Shown here piece by piece: positions 38,286 through 51,700 of a DNA stretch of 64,000 bases. The position numbers and the translations under genes were made by a program. Numbering within the stretch: position 1 is the first letter of the stretch; every line of letters starts with the position of its first letter. A model generated the notes under the pieces. It was not told the origin of the DNA. It saw only the letters and a program-made list of their open reading frames with translations, and did not search any database. Source of the stretch: Scenedesmus sp. PABB004 (Eukaryota); the NCBI GenBank assembly GCA_014905635.1, contig JABVCE010000027.1, positions 310,001 to 374,000 on the forward strand, read 5' to 3'.

Positions 38286-38831
38286 TCACCGGCGCTTGGG
38301 CTTGACCGGCGCCTTCTTCTTCTTGTCGAGCGGCGCCTTCTCCTTGCCCGCGAAGATCTTGTCCGCCGCCTGCTGGCCTGCGCGCGCGGCGCGGGCGCCG
38401 GCGTCGGCGGAGGCGCGGGCGGGCGCCGCGCGCGACACCGCCCCCCACGAGCGGCCGGCAGGCGCCAGCGGCGGCGCACCGCGGGACAGGTAAGCGGGCA
38501 CCGCAAACGTGATGGCGGCGGTGACCACCAGCGCGCTGCGGCGGGCGGCGGCGGTGCGCGCGAGACGTCGGCACCGCGCTGACACAGCAGCAGCGCCGGC
38601 GCCCGGCGCGGCGCGCGCTGCGCCAATGGCCCCCTGTCTCGTCACTCACGCCACGAGCGGGACGGCGATGGGGGCGTCGACGTCGCCGGCGGCCGCCAGG
38701 ATGTCGAGCGGCGTCGCGGCGCGGCGGGTGGTGGCGATGCCGCGGTGTCCAGCGCCGAGGCGCGGCGCGGCCGCGGTGCCCGACAGCGCGGAAGCGCGGC
38801 GCGACAGCGCGGAGGAGGCGAGGGTGGCCAT
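38286..38831 (-). CDS. Small, probably plastid-targeted single-pass membrane protein
   Basis: Ala/Ser/Arg-rich presequence MATLASSALSRRASALS.., then GDVDAPIAVPLVA|ALVVTAAITFAVPAYLSRG|QQAADKIFAGKEKAPLDKKKKAPVKPKRR*. Confidence 0.7.
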
Positions 38832-39349
38832 GGCTGCTGCTGCGCGCGGTGGGGCGGTGGGCGCGGGGCACCAGCTGATCGCGGCACAGCTGGCGGGCAG
38901 TGGGTGGGGCGTGTGACGGCAGAGCGCGCTTGAGAGTGAGGGGGCGGCGCTGTGAGTCACGAGGGCACGAGCGAGAGAGGGCCGGGGCTTGCGACGCGCC
39001 GCTGCGCCGCGCGGTGCCGCGGCCGGTCACCGCGCCGCCGCCCCGGCCAGTCCAGGCGCTGCCGGACCTGTCTTGGGCGCTGTGGGAGCCTTGAATCGGC
39101 CTGGCGCTGCGGCGACCGGTCGACTGCCGCGCGTGCTGCGCACGTTTTGCCGCTCGCCCGCGCATCGCGGCAGAGGCCGCCCCTCACACACCCGCTGTTC
39201 ACGGTGCGCCAACTCCAACAACAACAAACGCACGCGCCGGCATCTGTGCAGCAGCAGCAGACCGCGCGCGCCTCCGACCGCGACTTGCCGCGCGTGGCGA
39301 TCGGCTGCCAGAGTACTCGGCGCGCGGGCGCGGGCGTTCCGCCGGCGCC

Positions 39350-42300
39350 ATGGCGGCGACGAGCAGCGGCAGCGACGGCGAGGCGCAGGCGCAGGGCTGG
39401 CCCAAGAGCGAGACCGTGGTAGCGTCGCGCGCGGGCGACGTGCTGATCAAGTCGACGCTGCTCAAGGCCGACCACTTCCCCGGGTGCGGCGCGCCGGGCC
39501 CGCAGGGCCCCAGGCGCGCGGGGGCAGCCCGGCATTGCTCGCGCGTCCGATACCCGGCACCCCCGCAACCCTGGCCGCCCGGCCCGCCCCGGCGCCCCGC
39601 CACGCCCTCGAGGGCGGCGGCCTGGTGCTCCCGGGCCGCGCCGCCCGCGGCGGCGGCGCCGGCGGCGCTCGGGCGGGGGCGCGGCGCGGCGCGGCAGCAG
39701 CAGCGCGCGCCCGCGCCGCCCATGCGCCCGCCGCGCCCCGCCGCCGCCGCCGCCGCCGGGGCGCTCCGGGCGCCGCGGGCGCGACGGGGGCCGCCGCCGC
39801 CGAGCGCAGACCACGCCGCCGCCCGCCGACCCGTCCGCGCCGCCCCGCCCCCGCACGCCCGCGCCGGCGCCCGGCGCCGCCCGCGCAGGTGCCAGAACAC
39901 CAAGCTCACGCCCCTGCTGGATGGCGCGCCCAACTTCCGCCAGGTCGAGGGCCTGCCCGTGTACGGCGTGGCCATCCCCACCGTGCGGGGCTGCGCAACG
40001 TGCTCGACGCGCTCGGCGCGGCGCAGGGTGCGCGCCCTTGCCGCGCGGGGAGCAGGGGCCGCCGCAGCAGCGCGCTGCCCGCGCGGCGCGCCCGCCGACC
40101 GCGCGCCCGCGCGCCCGCGCGCGCCGCGCGCAGGCCAGCGGCGCGTGCTGTGGCACAACATGCGCGAGGAGCCGGTGCTCTACATCAACGGCAAGCCCTA
40201 CGTCGTGCGCGAGGCGGACCAGCCCTTCTGCAATGTCGAGTACACGGGTGCGCGCGCGGCGCGCGCGCCTTGCAGGACGGCGCCGCGCCCGCCGCCCTGC
40301 GGCGCCGTCCTGCAAGCAGGGCGGCGGGCGCGGCGCCGTCCTGCAAGCGCGCGCTCGCAGGACGGCGCGCCGGGGCCGCCGCGCCGCCGCACCGACGCGC
40401 CGCGCCGCGCCGCCGCCGCCGCGGCCGCGCAGGCATCGACCGCTCGCGCGTGGAGGACATGGAGGCGCGGCTGAAGCGCGACGTGCTGCGCGAGGCGGCA
40501 CGGTACGACCAGCACATCCTGGTCACGGAGGAGGATGACGACATGAACGTGCGCCCTGGCGCCGGGGGGGGGGGGGGGAGGGTGCTGCGGGGGGGGGGGG
40601 GGGGGGGGGGCAGCGGCGCGGCGGGGCGGCAGAGGGCTTAACGCGCGTGCGTGCGCGGGCGCCGCCGCAGGTCATCGACGCGTGGGAGCCGGTGACGGAG
40701 AGCGACGTGCAGACGCCGCTGGAGGTGTACGCGGAGCTCGTGGAGGACGGATACGACGTGGTGCGCTGGCGGTGCCCGCGCTGCCAGGACGTCACGCCGC
40801 CCTGGGCGTCCGCGGCGCCAGGCGCGCGCGCCGCACGCGCGCCGCCGCCGCCCCACGTGCGCCGCCGCGCCGCGCTTGCAGGACTACACGCGCGTGCCCA
40901 TCACTGACGAGAAGGCGCCCAAGGACAGCGACTTTGAGGCGCTCATACGGCGCCTGTGGAACGTGCCCCCCGACGCGGCGCTCGTGTTCAACTGCCAGAT
41001 GGGCCGCGGCCGCACGACGACGGGTGCGCGCGGGGGGCGCAGCGGCGGCGCACCGGGGGCGCGCGCCGCGCGCGGGCGCGCCCGCGGGCGCGCGGGCTGC
41101 GCGCGCGGCCGGGCCCGCAACGCCGCCGCGCCCGCCCGCGCGCCGCCGCCCGCGCGCCGCCGCGCGCCAGGCATGGTCATCGCCACGCTCGTCGCGCTGC
41201 GCCGCCTCGGCGCCTTCCCCTCTGGCGTGAGCGCGGCGTGGGGCCCGCAGGGCGCGCTCGGCGCCGCCAGCGGCGAGGGCTGGCTCGCCGCCAACACGCG
41301 CGTCAGCAGCGACGGCGGCGCCGCGCCCGCGGACGGCGGCAGCAGCGGCGGTGCCGCGCCGCCAGCCAACGGCGCGCCGCCGCCGGCCGCCAACGGCCAC
41401 GCCGACGCCGACGGCGCCGGCGGCGCGCCGCCGCTGACCGCCGTGCCGGCGTGGTTTGAGGCCGCCAGCCGCGGCTGGCGCCTGAGCGGCAGCGGCGGCG
41501 GCGTGGGCGGGCTGGGCTCGCCCGGCGGGCTCGGCAGCCCCGTCGCGCGGCTGGGCAGCGACGCCAAGCTCAAGGCCGGCATGTTCGGCGTGGTGCGCAG
41601 CCTGCTGCGCGTGCTCGAGCGCGGCGCGGTGGGCAAGGCCATCCTGGACAGCGTCATCGATGCCTGCAGCGCGATGCAGGTCCGGCCTGGGCCGGGCCGG
41701 GCGGCGGCGGCGCGCGGGACCCCCGCGCCGCGCGCACTGCGCGGCGCCCCGCGCGCGCGCGCTGGCCCAGCTCGCTGTCGACGCCGCTGCCGCCGCCGCC
41801 GCCGCCGCCGCCTCTGCTGTGCGCGTCGTGTGTGTCGTTGTCGGCCGCAGAACCTGCGCGAGGCGATCACGACGTACCGCGGCCGCTTCCTGGCGGAGAC
41901 CAAGGAGTCGCGGCGCGCGGTGCTCATGGGCGTGTGCCTCGAGTACCTCGAGCGGTACTGCATGCTGCTCGCATTCGCGAGCTACATGACCTGGGGCCGC
42001 TTCGACCCCGCGGCGCCGGGGCACGTCACGTTCCAGGACTGGATGGAGACGCGCCCCGAGCTGCGCAGCGTGCTCAGCCGCATGCTCCGGCGGTGCGCGC
42101 GCGCGCGTGCGGGGGCGCAGCGCGGCGCGCTCGGCATCGCGGCGGCAGCCGGCGCGCGCCCGCCGCTCACGCGCCCGCCTGCCTTCTCTCTCCCCGCGCG
42201 CGCAGCAACCCGCTGGCCGCGCTGGAGCTGCACATCCCCGCCGCGACGCTGCCGCCGGGCACGCCGCGCGCGGGCGACGACGACGCCGACGCCGCGGCGC

Positions 42301-45300
42301 TGAGCCAGGCGGAGGCGCGGGCGGACGTGATCATCGAGGCGCGCAGCGGCGCGGTGCTCGGCGCGCTGACCATCCTCAAAGAGGACTACTTCCCAGGCGC
42401 GGCGCGCCGCAGCAGCAGGGCACGCGCGGCGGGGCGCGGGCGCGGCCTGTCGCGCCGCCGCGGCTCGGCGAAGGGCCGCGGCGGCGCCGCGCTCACCGCG
42501 CCGCACCGTTCCGCCCCGCACCGCACCGCCGCGCCGCGCCGCGCAGGCATGAAGTCGACGCGCCTGCCGCAGCTGCTGCCGGGCGCGGGCAACTTCCGGC
42601 GCATGGCCGGCGCGCCCGTGTACGGCGTGGCGATGTGCACGGTGCAGGGCATCCGCAACGTGCTCGCCGCGGTGGCCAAGCAGCAGGGCCAGGCGGGCGG
42701 CGGCGGCGGCAAGGAGGTGCTGTGGTTCAACATGCGCGAGGAGCCGGTCGTCTACGTGAACGGCCTGCCCTTTGTGCTGCGCGAGCAGGCGCGGCCGATG
42801 AAGAACCTGCAGGAGTACGCGGGTGAGCGAGCAGCGCAGCGCAGCGCCGGGCCGGGCCGCCACCCAGAGCCAGCCAGCGGCGCGCCGCCGGCGCGGCGGC
42901 GGGGCAGGAGCGGCCCCAGGGGCGGCCGCGGCGGCGCCGGCGCCGGCGCCGACGCGCCGCGCCGCGCCGCGCCGCCGCGGCAGGCATCGACGCGGAGCGG
43001 CTGGAGCGCATGGAGGCGCGGCTGAAGCAGGACGTGCTGGCGGAGGCGGGTGCGCCGCACCGCACCCGCGCGCCCTGGCCGCACCTGCTCGCGCCTTGTT
43101 GCCCCGCCGCCGCCGCGCCCACCCACGCTGCCCCGCGCCCGCCGCCTGCGCCCGCCCCGCCGCAGCGCAACACGGCGGCCGCATCCTCGTCGCGCGCGAG
43201 TCGGCGCCCTCGCCCGGCGGCGCGGGGCTCGAGCCCACGCCCACGGGCGAGCTCGTGGACATGTGGGAGGCGCTGGAGGGCCCCGGCGCGGTGCAGACGC
43301 CGGCCGAGGTCTACGCCGGCCTGGCGGCGGAGGGGCTCGGCGTGCGCTACTGCCGCGTGCCCGTCACCGACGGCCGCGCGCCGCAGCCCTGCGATGTCGA
43401 CGCGATCCTTGAGCAGGTGCGCCCGCCGGGGCGTGTCTAGGGGACACCGCCGCGCGGCGCCGCCGCGCCGCCGCGCGCGCCCGGGCGCGCCGGGCGCCCA
43501 CGCGTGGCGCCGCGCCCGTGCGCGCAGGTGCGCAACGCGGGCTTTGACGCGCCAATGGTCTTCAGCTGCCAGATGGGCGCGGGGCGCACCACGACCGGCA
43601 CCGTCATCGGCGGCCTGCTGTCGATGTATGGCGCGCCCCTGCCCGCCGGCGCCGCCAACGGCGCCGCCAACGGCGCGGCGACGACGCCGGCGCGCGCGCT
43701 GCTCGCGAGCGCGCCGAGCACGACGAGCCTCGACGAGCTGGGCGAGGGCATCCTGCGCGAGGAGCTCGCGGGCGACTCGCCGCGCCACTCGGGTGCGCGG
43801 CGCGGGGCGGGGCGAGCCCGCCGGCGGCATCGCTGACGGCGCCGCGCCGCGCCACGCCGGCCACGCGGCGCGCGCGCTGACCGGCCCGCTCCCCCCCTCT
43901 CCCCCCTGCCTGCTGTCTGCCGGCAGAGGACGACGAGCACGACAGCCCGTTCGGGCCGCTCAGCCGCGCGGGCAGTGGCCGCGGCGGGGCGCGGGCGCCG
44001 CGCTGCCGCCGGCGGCGCTCGCGGCCATGTCCAGCGGCGCGCTCGCGCTCGCGACCACGCCCGGCGGCGGGCGGCCGGGCTCCGCGCTGTGGGGCGAGCT
44101 GTCGCCGGAAGAGGTGCAGGAGCGCGTGAGCCTCGCGGGCGGCGGCTACGTCGGCGTGCGCCGCGTCGTGCGGCTGCTGGAGCACGGCGACAACGCCAAG
44201 CGCGTTGTGGACGCGGCGATCGACGCCAACGCGCAGATGCTCAACCTGCGCGTCGCGATCATGCGGTGCGGGCCGCGCGCCGGGGGCACGCCGCGGCGGC
44301 GGCGGCCGCGCACGCGACGCAGCCCGCACGCGCGCCCGCCCGCCCGCCCGCCCGCGCGCCCGCCCGCCGCCCCGCCCGCCCGCCCGCCCGCCCCGCCCGC
44401 GCGACTGCCCCGCCCCAACAACCGCCCCGCCCCGCCCCCGCCGGGCCAGGTACCGGCGGCCCAAGCGCCAGTACGCCAACCACAAGAGCGAGACGGGCGC
44501 GCGGCACACCGCGTTCAGCCGCGGCAGCGCCTACCTGGAGCGCTACTGCCTGCTCATTGCCTTCGGGGCATACCTCGAGGGCGCCGGCCCCGGCGCGCCC
44601 GGGCCGGGCTTCGCGGCCTGGCTCGACGCGCGCCCCGAGCTGCGCCAGGCGCGGCGCCGGCGGCGCGCGGGGCGGGCGGCGCGCGCGCGGCGCCGCCGCC
44701 GCCTGCGTCGCGGTCCCTCGCCGCGCGCGCGCTCACGGCGGCGTCCCCCGCGCGGCGCAGGCGCTGGCGAGCATACACACCAACCCCGCGACCGCGCTCG
44801 CGGCGGTGCCGGTCGCGGCGGTGCCGGTGCTGTACCGCGCGGTCCGCGGCAGCGCCGAGGTCACGCCGGAGGAGCAGGAGGAGGTGCGGCCGCGACAATG
44901 CGGGCGCGGCGCGCCGCGGCGGCCGCGCGCGCGCCGCCCGCCCCGCGCACGCGCTGGGCACCACCAAGCCCCCTCGCCCCGCACGCCGCCAGGTGCTGCG
45001 CAAGCGGCGCGGCAAGACGCTCAACCGGCGCATCATCCTCAAGAGCTACCTCTCCCGCGCGGCCGACCCCAGCCTGCCGCCGGGCACGCCCGACGTGCGC
45101 CAGGCCGCGGGTGCGTGCGCGACGCGCCGGGCGCGTTCGCGCGCCGCCGCCGCCGCCGCTGCCGCCGCCGTCGCCGCCGTCACCGCCGCCGCCTCCGCGG
45201 CCGCTCACCACCCCCGCGCCGCACCCCGCGCGCAGGCCTGCCGGTGTTTGCGGTCGGCAACGTGAGCGTCGACGCGCTCACGCGCCTGCTCGCGCACCTG

Positions 45301-47896
45301 GGCGCGGGCCCCGGCGGCGGCGCGCACGTGGTGGTGACCGACGCGCGCGAGGAGCTGGTGGTGTACGTCAACGGTGCGCACCGCGCGTGACACTGTGTTG
45401 TGCGGCTGTGTGACGGCTTGTGTGCGTCTGTGTGCGTCTGCGTCTGTGTGTGCCTGGCACGCCAAGCGGGCGGGCAGGAGGCGGCGCCGTGTGCCCCCCC
45501 CCCCCCACCCGCCCGCCCGCCCACCCCCCCTCGCCCGCCCGCCCGCCCCGCCCCCCGCCCGCCCGCCCGCCCGCCCCCCGCCCGCCCGCCCGCCCGCCCG
45601 CCGCCCGCCCGCCCGCCCGCCCGCCCGCCGCCCGCCCGGCCCGCCCCGCCCCGCCGCCCGCCCGCCCGCCCGCCCCCCCCCCCCCCCCTCCCCCCCCCCC
45701 CCCAGGCATCCCCTACATCCGGCGCGAGCTGGAGATGCCCGCCGCGGCGCTGCACCACGCGGGCGTTGCACGCGCGCCAGCTCGAGGCGCTCGAGGCGGC
45801 GCTGCGCGAGGTGCGGCGGCGGCGCGCGCACGCGCGCCGGCACGCCGCGCCTGTGGGGACTGCCTCGCCGCTCCTCCGCCTCGCGCACGCTCACGCTCAC
45901 GCTCACGCCGTGCGCACGCGCCGCGCGCCCGTGCGCAGGACGTGGCGCACGAGGCGGCCAAGTGGGGCGGCCGCGTGCTGCTGCACCAGGAGGTCTTCAC
46001 CCAGTGCGCCGGCGAGCTGCGGCGCGGCAGCTTCAGCGCGGCGGGCCCGCTCGCGCCGGCGGGCAGCGGGCCGCTGAGCATCGCGGCGCCCGCGCCCGGC
46101 GCGCGCGGCGCGGGGCTGCCGCCGCCGATCGTGGGCTCGTTCCTCACGCCGCCGGCGGGCCCGCTGCCGCCCGCGGCGGCGCGGCTGTGCGCGGCGATCG
46201 CGTCGCCCGCGCCCGCGGCGGCGGCCGCCAGCACCGGCGCCGGCGCCGGCGCCGCGCCGCGCGCGCGCCCGCCGCTGTCGCCCGCGCCCGCCGCGGGCGC
46301 GGCGCCGGCCACCGACGCGGGCGACGCGTCCGCCGGCGGCGGCTTCCCCGGCTTCCGGCCCATCAGCCCCGCGCCGGGCGCGACGCCGGGCGGCGGCGGC
46401 GTGCCGGTCAGCCCCGCGCCCGGCGGCGCCGGCGGTGGCGGCGCCGCGGGCACGCCCGCGAGCGCGAGCCGCGCGGCGTCGCTGAGCGCGAGCCAGATCC
46501 TCATCGGCGCGGAGGGCGCGGCCGCGGCGAGCAACACCGCCGGCGACGACGTGACCGCGCCCGTCGACGTGCGCCCCGGCGCGGCGGTCGTGCCGTTCTG
46601 GGAGAGCGTGGACCTCTCGGCGGGCGGCGGCGGCGCCGAGGCGTCCGACGGCGCCGAGAGCGCCGCGCCGGCGAGCGCGGGCGGCGCGGCCAACAACGCC
46701 GCCGGCGGCGCCGCGCCCGCCGCCGCGCCCGGCGCGCGCGCGCCGCCGCTCGCGGCGAGCCTCGACGTCGCGCGGCACCTTCAGGCCGCCGGCTTCCACC
46801 TGACCTATCGCCGCATCCCCCTCAGCCGCGAGCGCACGCCGGTGCCGAGCGACCTGGGGGACCTGATGAAGCAGATGCTTGCCCTGCCCGCCGGCGTGGG
46901 GCCGCTCGACGCCTCGGGCGGCGCGACGCCGCGCGCGGCGGCGATGATGGCGCGCGCCGCCGCGGCCGCGGCGGCCTTCGGCGCCGCCGCGGACGGCGGC
47001 GCCGGCGGCGACGGCGCCGGCGCCGGCGCGCGGCCGGGGCGCACCATCGTGCACCTCGTCGTGTCGCGCACCGCGACGGGCAGCAGCGCGCGCTTCGCGG
47101 CCGCCGCGCTCGCGACGTTCCTCACCAAGCACAGCGCGCGGGAGGCGCGCGCCGCGGCGGCCGCGGGCGCGGGCCCGGGCAGCCCCACCGCGGGCGCGGC
47201 CGGCGGCGGCGGCGCCGGCGGGGGCAGCCCGCCGCCGAAGCGCATGCGCCGCACGCACAGCGACCTCGGCGAGTACCGTGGCATTATGTCGGTCGTGCGC
47301 CTGCTGCCCGGCGGGCTGGAGGTGAAGGGCGCGGTGGATGACGCGATCGACCGCTGCGCCGCGGTCGGCAACCTGCGGGACGACATCAAGGCGTGCAAGC
47401 ACGGCGCCGAGGCGGGCCCGCCCGCGAGCAGCGACGACCCCGGGTCGACCGCGTGGGCGGCGCGGCAGCTGGGGCTGCACTACCTCAAGCGCTACTTCCT
47501 GCTCATTGCCTTCAGGTGACCGCAGCGGGACTGAACGACTGAACGGCGACTGAATGACTGATTGACACACAGGGGTTTGAACACACAGCCGTCGGGGTTT
47601 GAACAGCCGTCAGGAGATGTGACCAGCAGCCGTCAGGGGGTTGCGAGTGTGGGTTGTCTTTCGTCAGCGTGGCGCGTGCGCGCGGCCAGGGCTCGCGGAG
47701 GCGCGCGGCCGCGCCGCGCGCGCGGCGTGCTTACCGCGCCGCCGCCCGCCGCGCCGCCGCGCGGCCGCGCAGGTGCTACCTGGTGCAGCGGCAGCGCGCG
47801 GAGCAGCTCGGGCGCGGCACGGTCGACTTCCCGCGCTGGGTGGAGGACCGGCGGGAGCTGGGGCACCTGCTGGCGCACCTCAACCTCGACACCTGA
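39350..47896 (+). CDS. PALD1: Paladin-like protein (three PTP-like phosphatase domains), more than 20 exons
   Basis: LLKADHFPG|CQN..GAPNFRQV, WHNMREEPVLYINGKPYVVR, RVPITDEKAP, FNCQMGRGRTTTG. Second repeat has FSCQMGAGRTTTG; the third is degenerate. Also LHYLKRYFLLIAFR. Confidence 0.9.
40269..40368. repeat. Intronic 32-bp perfect inverted repeat with nested motif copies
   Basis: 40269-40300 pairs with 40316-40347. The motif GCAGGACGGCGC occurs four times in mixed orientation. Confidence 0.9.
45494..45703. repeat. C-rich (CCCG)n low-complexity intron tract
   Basis: Directly visible; a similar tract lies at about 44335-44400. Confidence 0.9.
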
Positions 47897-48777
47897 GGCG
47901 CGCAGCGCCGCGCGGCGGCGTGCCGCGGCTCTGCGGCGCGGCGGCGCTCGGCGGCCGCGGCGGCGGGCGGGGCGGGAGCAGCGCGGCGCCGCCGCGACGT
48001 GCGTGCGGCGCGCGTGTTAGCCAGGCAGTGCGCGCAGGTGTGTGCATGTGTGGCCGTGGGCTAGGCAGCTGCGAGAGGCCAGGGGCGCGCTGCACAGAGA
48101 GGCAGGCGGGCATTTCACGAGGCAATGCATGCAGCCCCACCTGGGCTGGCTGGGCAGAGCAGCGGCAGCCGCACGCGACGCCCATGTTTGCGGCGGCGGC
48201 AACCAGGCGGCACCTCGCGGGCAGGGCTTGTCGGCTCAAGCGTGGCCCGGCGCGGCGCGCCGCCGTGCTGACGAGTTGCGCTGACGCGCCGGCGCCCCAT
48301 CCTGAGCGCACGACGTGGGACGTGCGCTGCGCAGGCCTCTTTTGTTCCTGCTGCTCACCTGACCTAGACCTAGTGCACACTTGACTCTGACTGACCGGCA
48401 CGGGCGGCGGCGCACCTGCATTTTTGCGGCGGGCTCCAGGTGGCTGTACATTCCATTGTCGGTCGTGGTCCGAGGGTGCACGAGGGGCGAGGCCTGGAGG
48501 CCTGGAGGCGGCGCGCTCGGAGGCGGCGGCGCAACGCCCCCGTGCCAGCCGCTGTAAGCTGCCTCAACGCCGTGCTCGCGCCGCCGCCCCTGACTGCGCA
48601 GCGCGGCCGCCGGCCGGGCCCCGCGCGCTGCGCCGCCGCTGCACCGCCGCCGCCCGCCCGCGCGGCGCGCCGCGGCAGGGGCCGGGCCCTGGGGACGGCC
48701 GCCCGCAGCAGCACAGCACACCACAGCACAGGTCGCCGTCACCCCGCACGGGGGCGCGTTGTGGTGGGCGGGGCACG

Positions 48778-51700
48778 ATGGCCGACGCTGCGGCGCGAGC
48801 AGCAGCGCTCGGCCAGGAGGTGGCTACGTATCAACACCACCAGGCCGAGCTGTTGCAGCAGCTGCAGGCCGCGCTGCGCGACGCGCAGGCACGGCGCGGG
48901 GAGCGGGCGCGATGCAGCACCCGGCGGTTGCGGGGCGCCGCGCCTCACCCGCGGCCCGCCGGCGCGCAGGGCCACGCCCACGGCAACGGCGCCGTGCCAA
49001 GCAGCAGCCTGCCCGTGGAGGAGCAGATCGGGGCGCTGTCCCTGCTCGCGCAGGCGCGGGAGTACGGTAAGCGCCGCTGCTGCCCGGCGCGCCGGCGCGC
49101 GTGGGGGCGGCGCCGCCGCTCACCGCGGCCCTCCCGCCGCAGTGGCCAAGCTCAAGGCCGCCGCGGAGGCGGTGAAGCAGCTGGAGCGCCAGATCCGGCC
49201 GGCGCAGCAGCTCGACGCGCAGGCGCGCGCGCCCGCCGCCGCCGCGGCGGCGCCGGCCCCCGCGCTGCCGCGGCGCGGCGGGGCGGGTGGCTGGCTGCGT
49301 GCGCTGTGCGCGCGCGCCGACGCCGGCGCCGCCGCTGCGGGCGCAGGACGTTGAGGCGCTTGTCACGCTCACGAAGCACGCAGCGGAGGGGTATGCCGGC
49401 TGCCGCGCGGAGCTGGAGGGCCTGGCGGCCGCCTCCTACCCGGGCGACGCGGTGCCGCAGCAGCTGAGGGACATGGAGCAGCAGCTGGCGGCGCGCCTGC
49501 AGGTGCGGCGGCGCGGGGTCGCGGGCGGGGGCGCGGCCCGGCGCGGCAGCCGCCGGCGCGCGCGGGCCTCACGCGACTGCCGCGGCGCGCTCGCAGGCGG
49601 CGCGCGACGCGCTGCGCCGCACGCTCAGCCGCCACATACACGGCTGCCTGGGGCAGTGCGGCTGGCCGCCGCCGCTGCTGCCGTCGCAAGCGGGTGCGGC
49701 GGGCCGCCGCCGCGCGGCCGCCGGCGCGGGCGGCGCGGCCGGGCGATGATTGGCGCCCGCCGCTCACGCGCGCGGCGCGTGCTGCCGCCGCCCCTCTGCC
49801 CTGGCCAGGCGGCTACGATCCCTCCGCCCTGTTCAGCCCCGACCAGGTGGAGCAGCTGGAGCGCCTGCAGCGCCTCCTGCTCGCCCTCACGCGCCTGCAG
49901 CTGGCTGCGCAGCCGGAGCTCGCGGGCGCGCAGCAGGTGCGCGGCGCGGCGCGCGCGCGGCGCCTGCTGCGCGCACGCCGCACGCAGCAGGCCGGCGCGG
50001 AGCCGCCCGCCGACGGGCTCCGCCGCCCAGCGACGTGCACCGCCGACGTGCACCGCCGCCGCCACCGCGCCGCGCGCAGGCCGGCGGCGAGCCGCCCGTG
50101 CTGTGGCTCGCGGAGGAGCTCGCCGCGCCGCTGGCGGCGCAGCTGGGCGAGGCGTTTGGGCCGAGCGCGCCGGGCAGCCCTGGCGCGCTGGACAACCCCG
50201 ACCTGCTGCTGGGCACGGTGCACCGCCTGGCGCTGGACCATGCGCGGCGCGTGGACTTCCTGCAGGCCGTGGTGCAGGCGTGCGAGCTGCCGGGGTACCA
50301 AGTTAGCGTGGAGCTCACGCGCGCGCTGCGCGACGCCGCCAAGACTCTGCTGCGCACGCACAAGCTGCCAGAGGTGCGGCGCGGCGCGGCGCGCGGGGCA
50401 GGGAGGGCCTGGGGTGGGCGTGTGCGCGCGCGGAACGGGCAGCGCGGGCGGCGGCGCGGGGCAGCGCGCAGCAGCTGCCGCGCGCGCGGCGCCTGCAACG
50501 CCTCCGCCGCCGCCGCCGCGCGCGCGCGCGCGCCAGGTCGCCGCGTCGGGCAGCCGTGAGCTGTGGCTGTCCTGGATCGACGCGTTGATTGCCTTTGAGG
50601 GCAGCCTCGGGCGCAGCGGGCTGCTGGGGGCGGTGTGGGAGCTCGGGGACGCCGCCGACCTTCCCGTCACGCTGCTGCGCGGCAGCACGCTGAGCGTGCT
50701 CTCCGAGGACCCGGCCTGGCTGGTGAGGCGCCTGCAAAGGCCAGCAAAGGGGGGGGGGGGCGTTCGCGTTCCCGCGCCCCGCGAGCGCGGCGCCCGACTG
50801 CCGCCCGCGCGCGGCGCCCGCGCCGCCGGACGCAGGACGCGTGGCTGGAGGCCGAGGCCGCCGCCGCGGCGAGCCAGGTCGAGGGGCTGCTGTACTCGGA
50901 GCAGGGCTGGGGCCCCGGGCAGAGCCGGCTGCTGGACGAGGACAGCCCGGCGTGGCAGGTGGACCTCTGGCCGCCGCGCGCCGCGGAGGAGGTGCGGCGC
51001 CCGCGGCGCGCAGAGCGCAGCCGCGCGCGGCGCCCGGCGTGCGCTCGCGCCGACCGCCCCGCCCTGCCGCGCCCGCGCGTCGCCGCGCAGCTCGCGGCGC
51101 TGGTGGAGGCGCTGCTGGGCCGCCTCCGCTTCATCCCCTGCCCCGAGGCCCAGCAGCGCTACCTCTCTGGCGCCGTCGGCGCGGTGCTGGGCCAGGCGGT
51201 CGGCCGCGTCGAGCGCATGCTGGCCCAGGCGGAGGTGTTCCGTGACATTACCAGCTACGCCTGGCTGCCGCGGGTGGGCAGCCGCCGCCGGGACGCTGCC
51301 GCACGCCGCCGCCGTGCGGGGTTGCCGGGGCCGCGCGCCGGCCGGCGGGCTCGCCGACCGCCGCCGCCGCCGCCGCTGCCGCCGCGCCTCCGACGCGCGC
51401 GTGTGGCGCACACGGCCGCCAGGTGTGCGGCTGCATCTGCTTCTGTCACTTTATGGAGGTCGCCCTCAGCGACATGCATGACAACGCCGCGGTGCTCGTC
51501 AGCCGCCTGCTGGAGGAGCAGCAGAGCCAGGCGGCGGCGGCGGCGGCGCAGCACACGCAGCAGCAGCAGCAGCAGCAGCTGCAGGAGCAGCAGCAGCAGC
51601 AGCCGGACAGCAACAACGCGCCGCCGCTCGGCGACACAGGAATGCAGGCCTCCGGCGGCGGCAGCGCGGCGGCCAACAACGGCGGCGGCGCCGGCTGGCC

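Noticed and set aside
47897..48777. Lower-GC spacer between paladin and the RINT1-like gene as a hidden gene
   Set aside because: No coding-like codon bias or coherent exon chain; consistent with a 3' UTR plus promoter.
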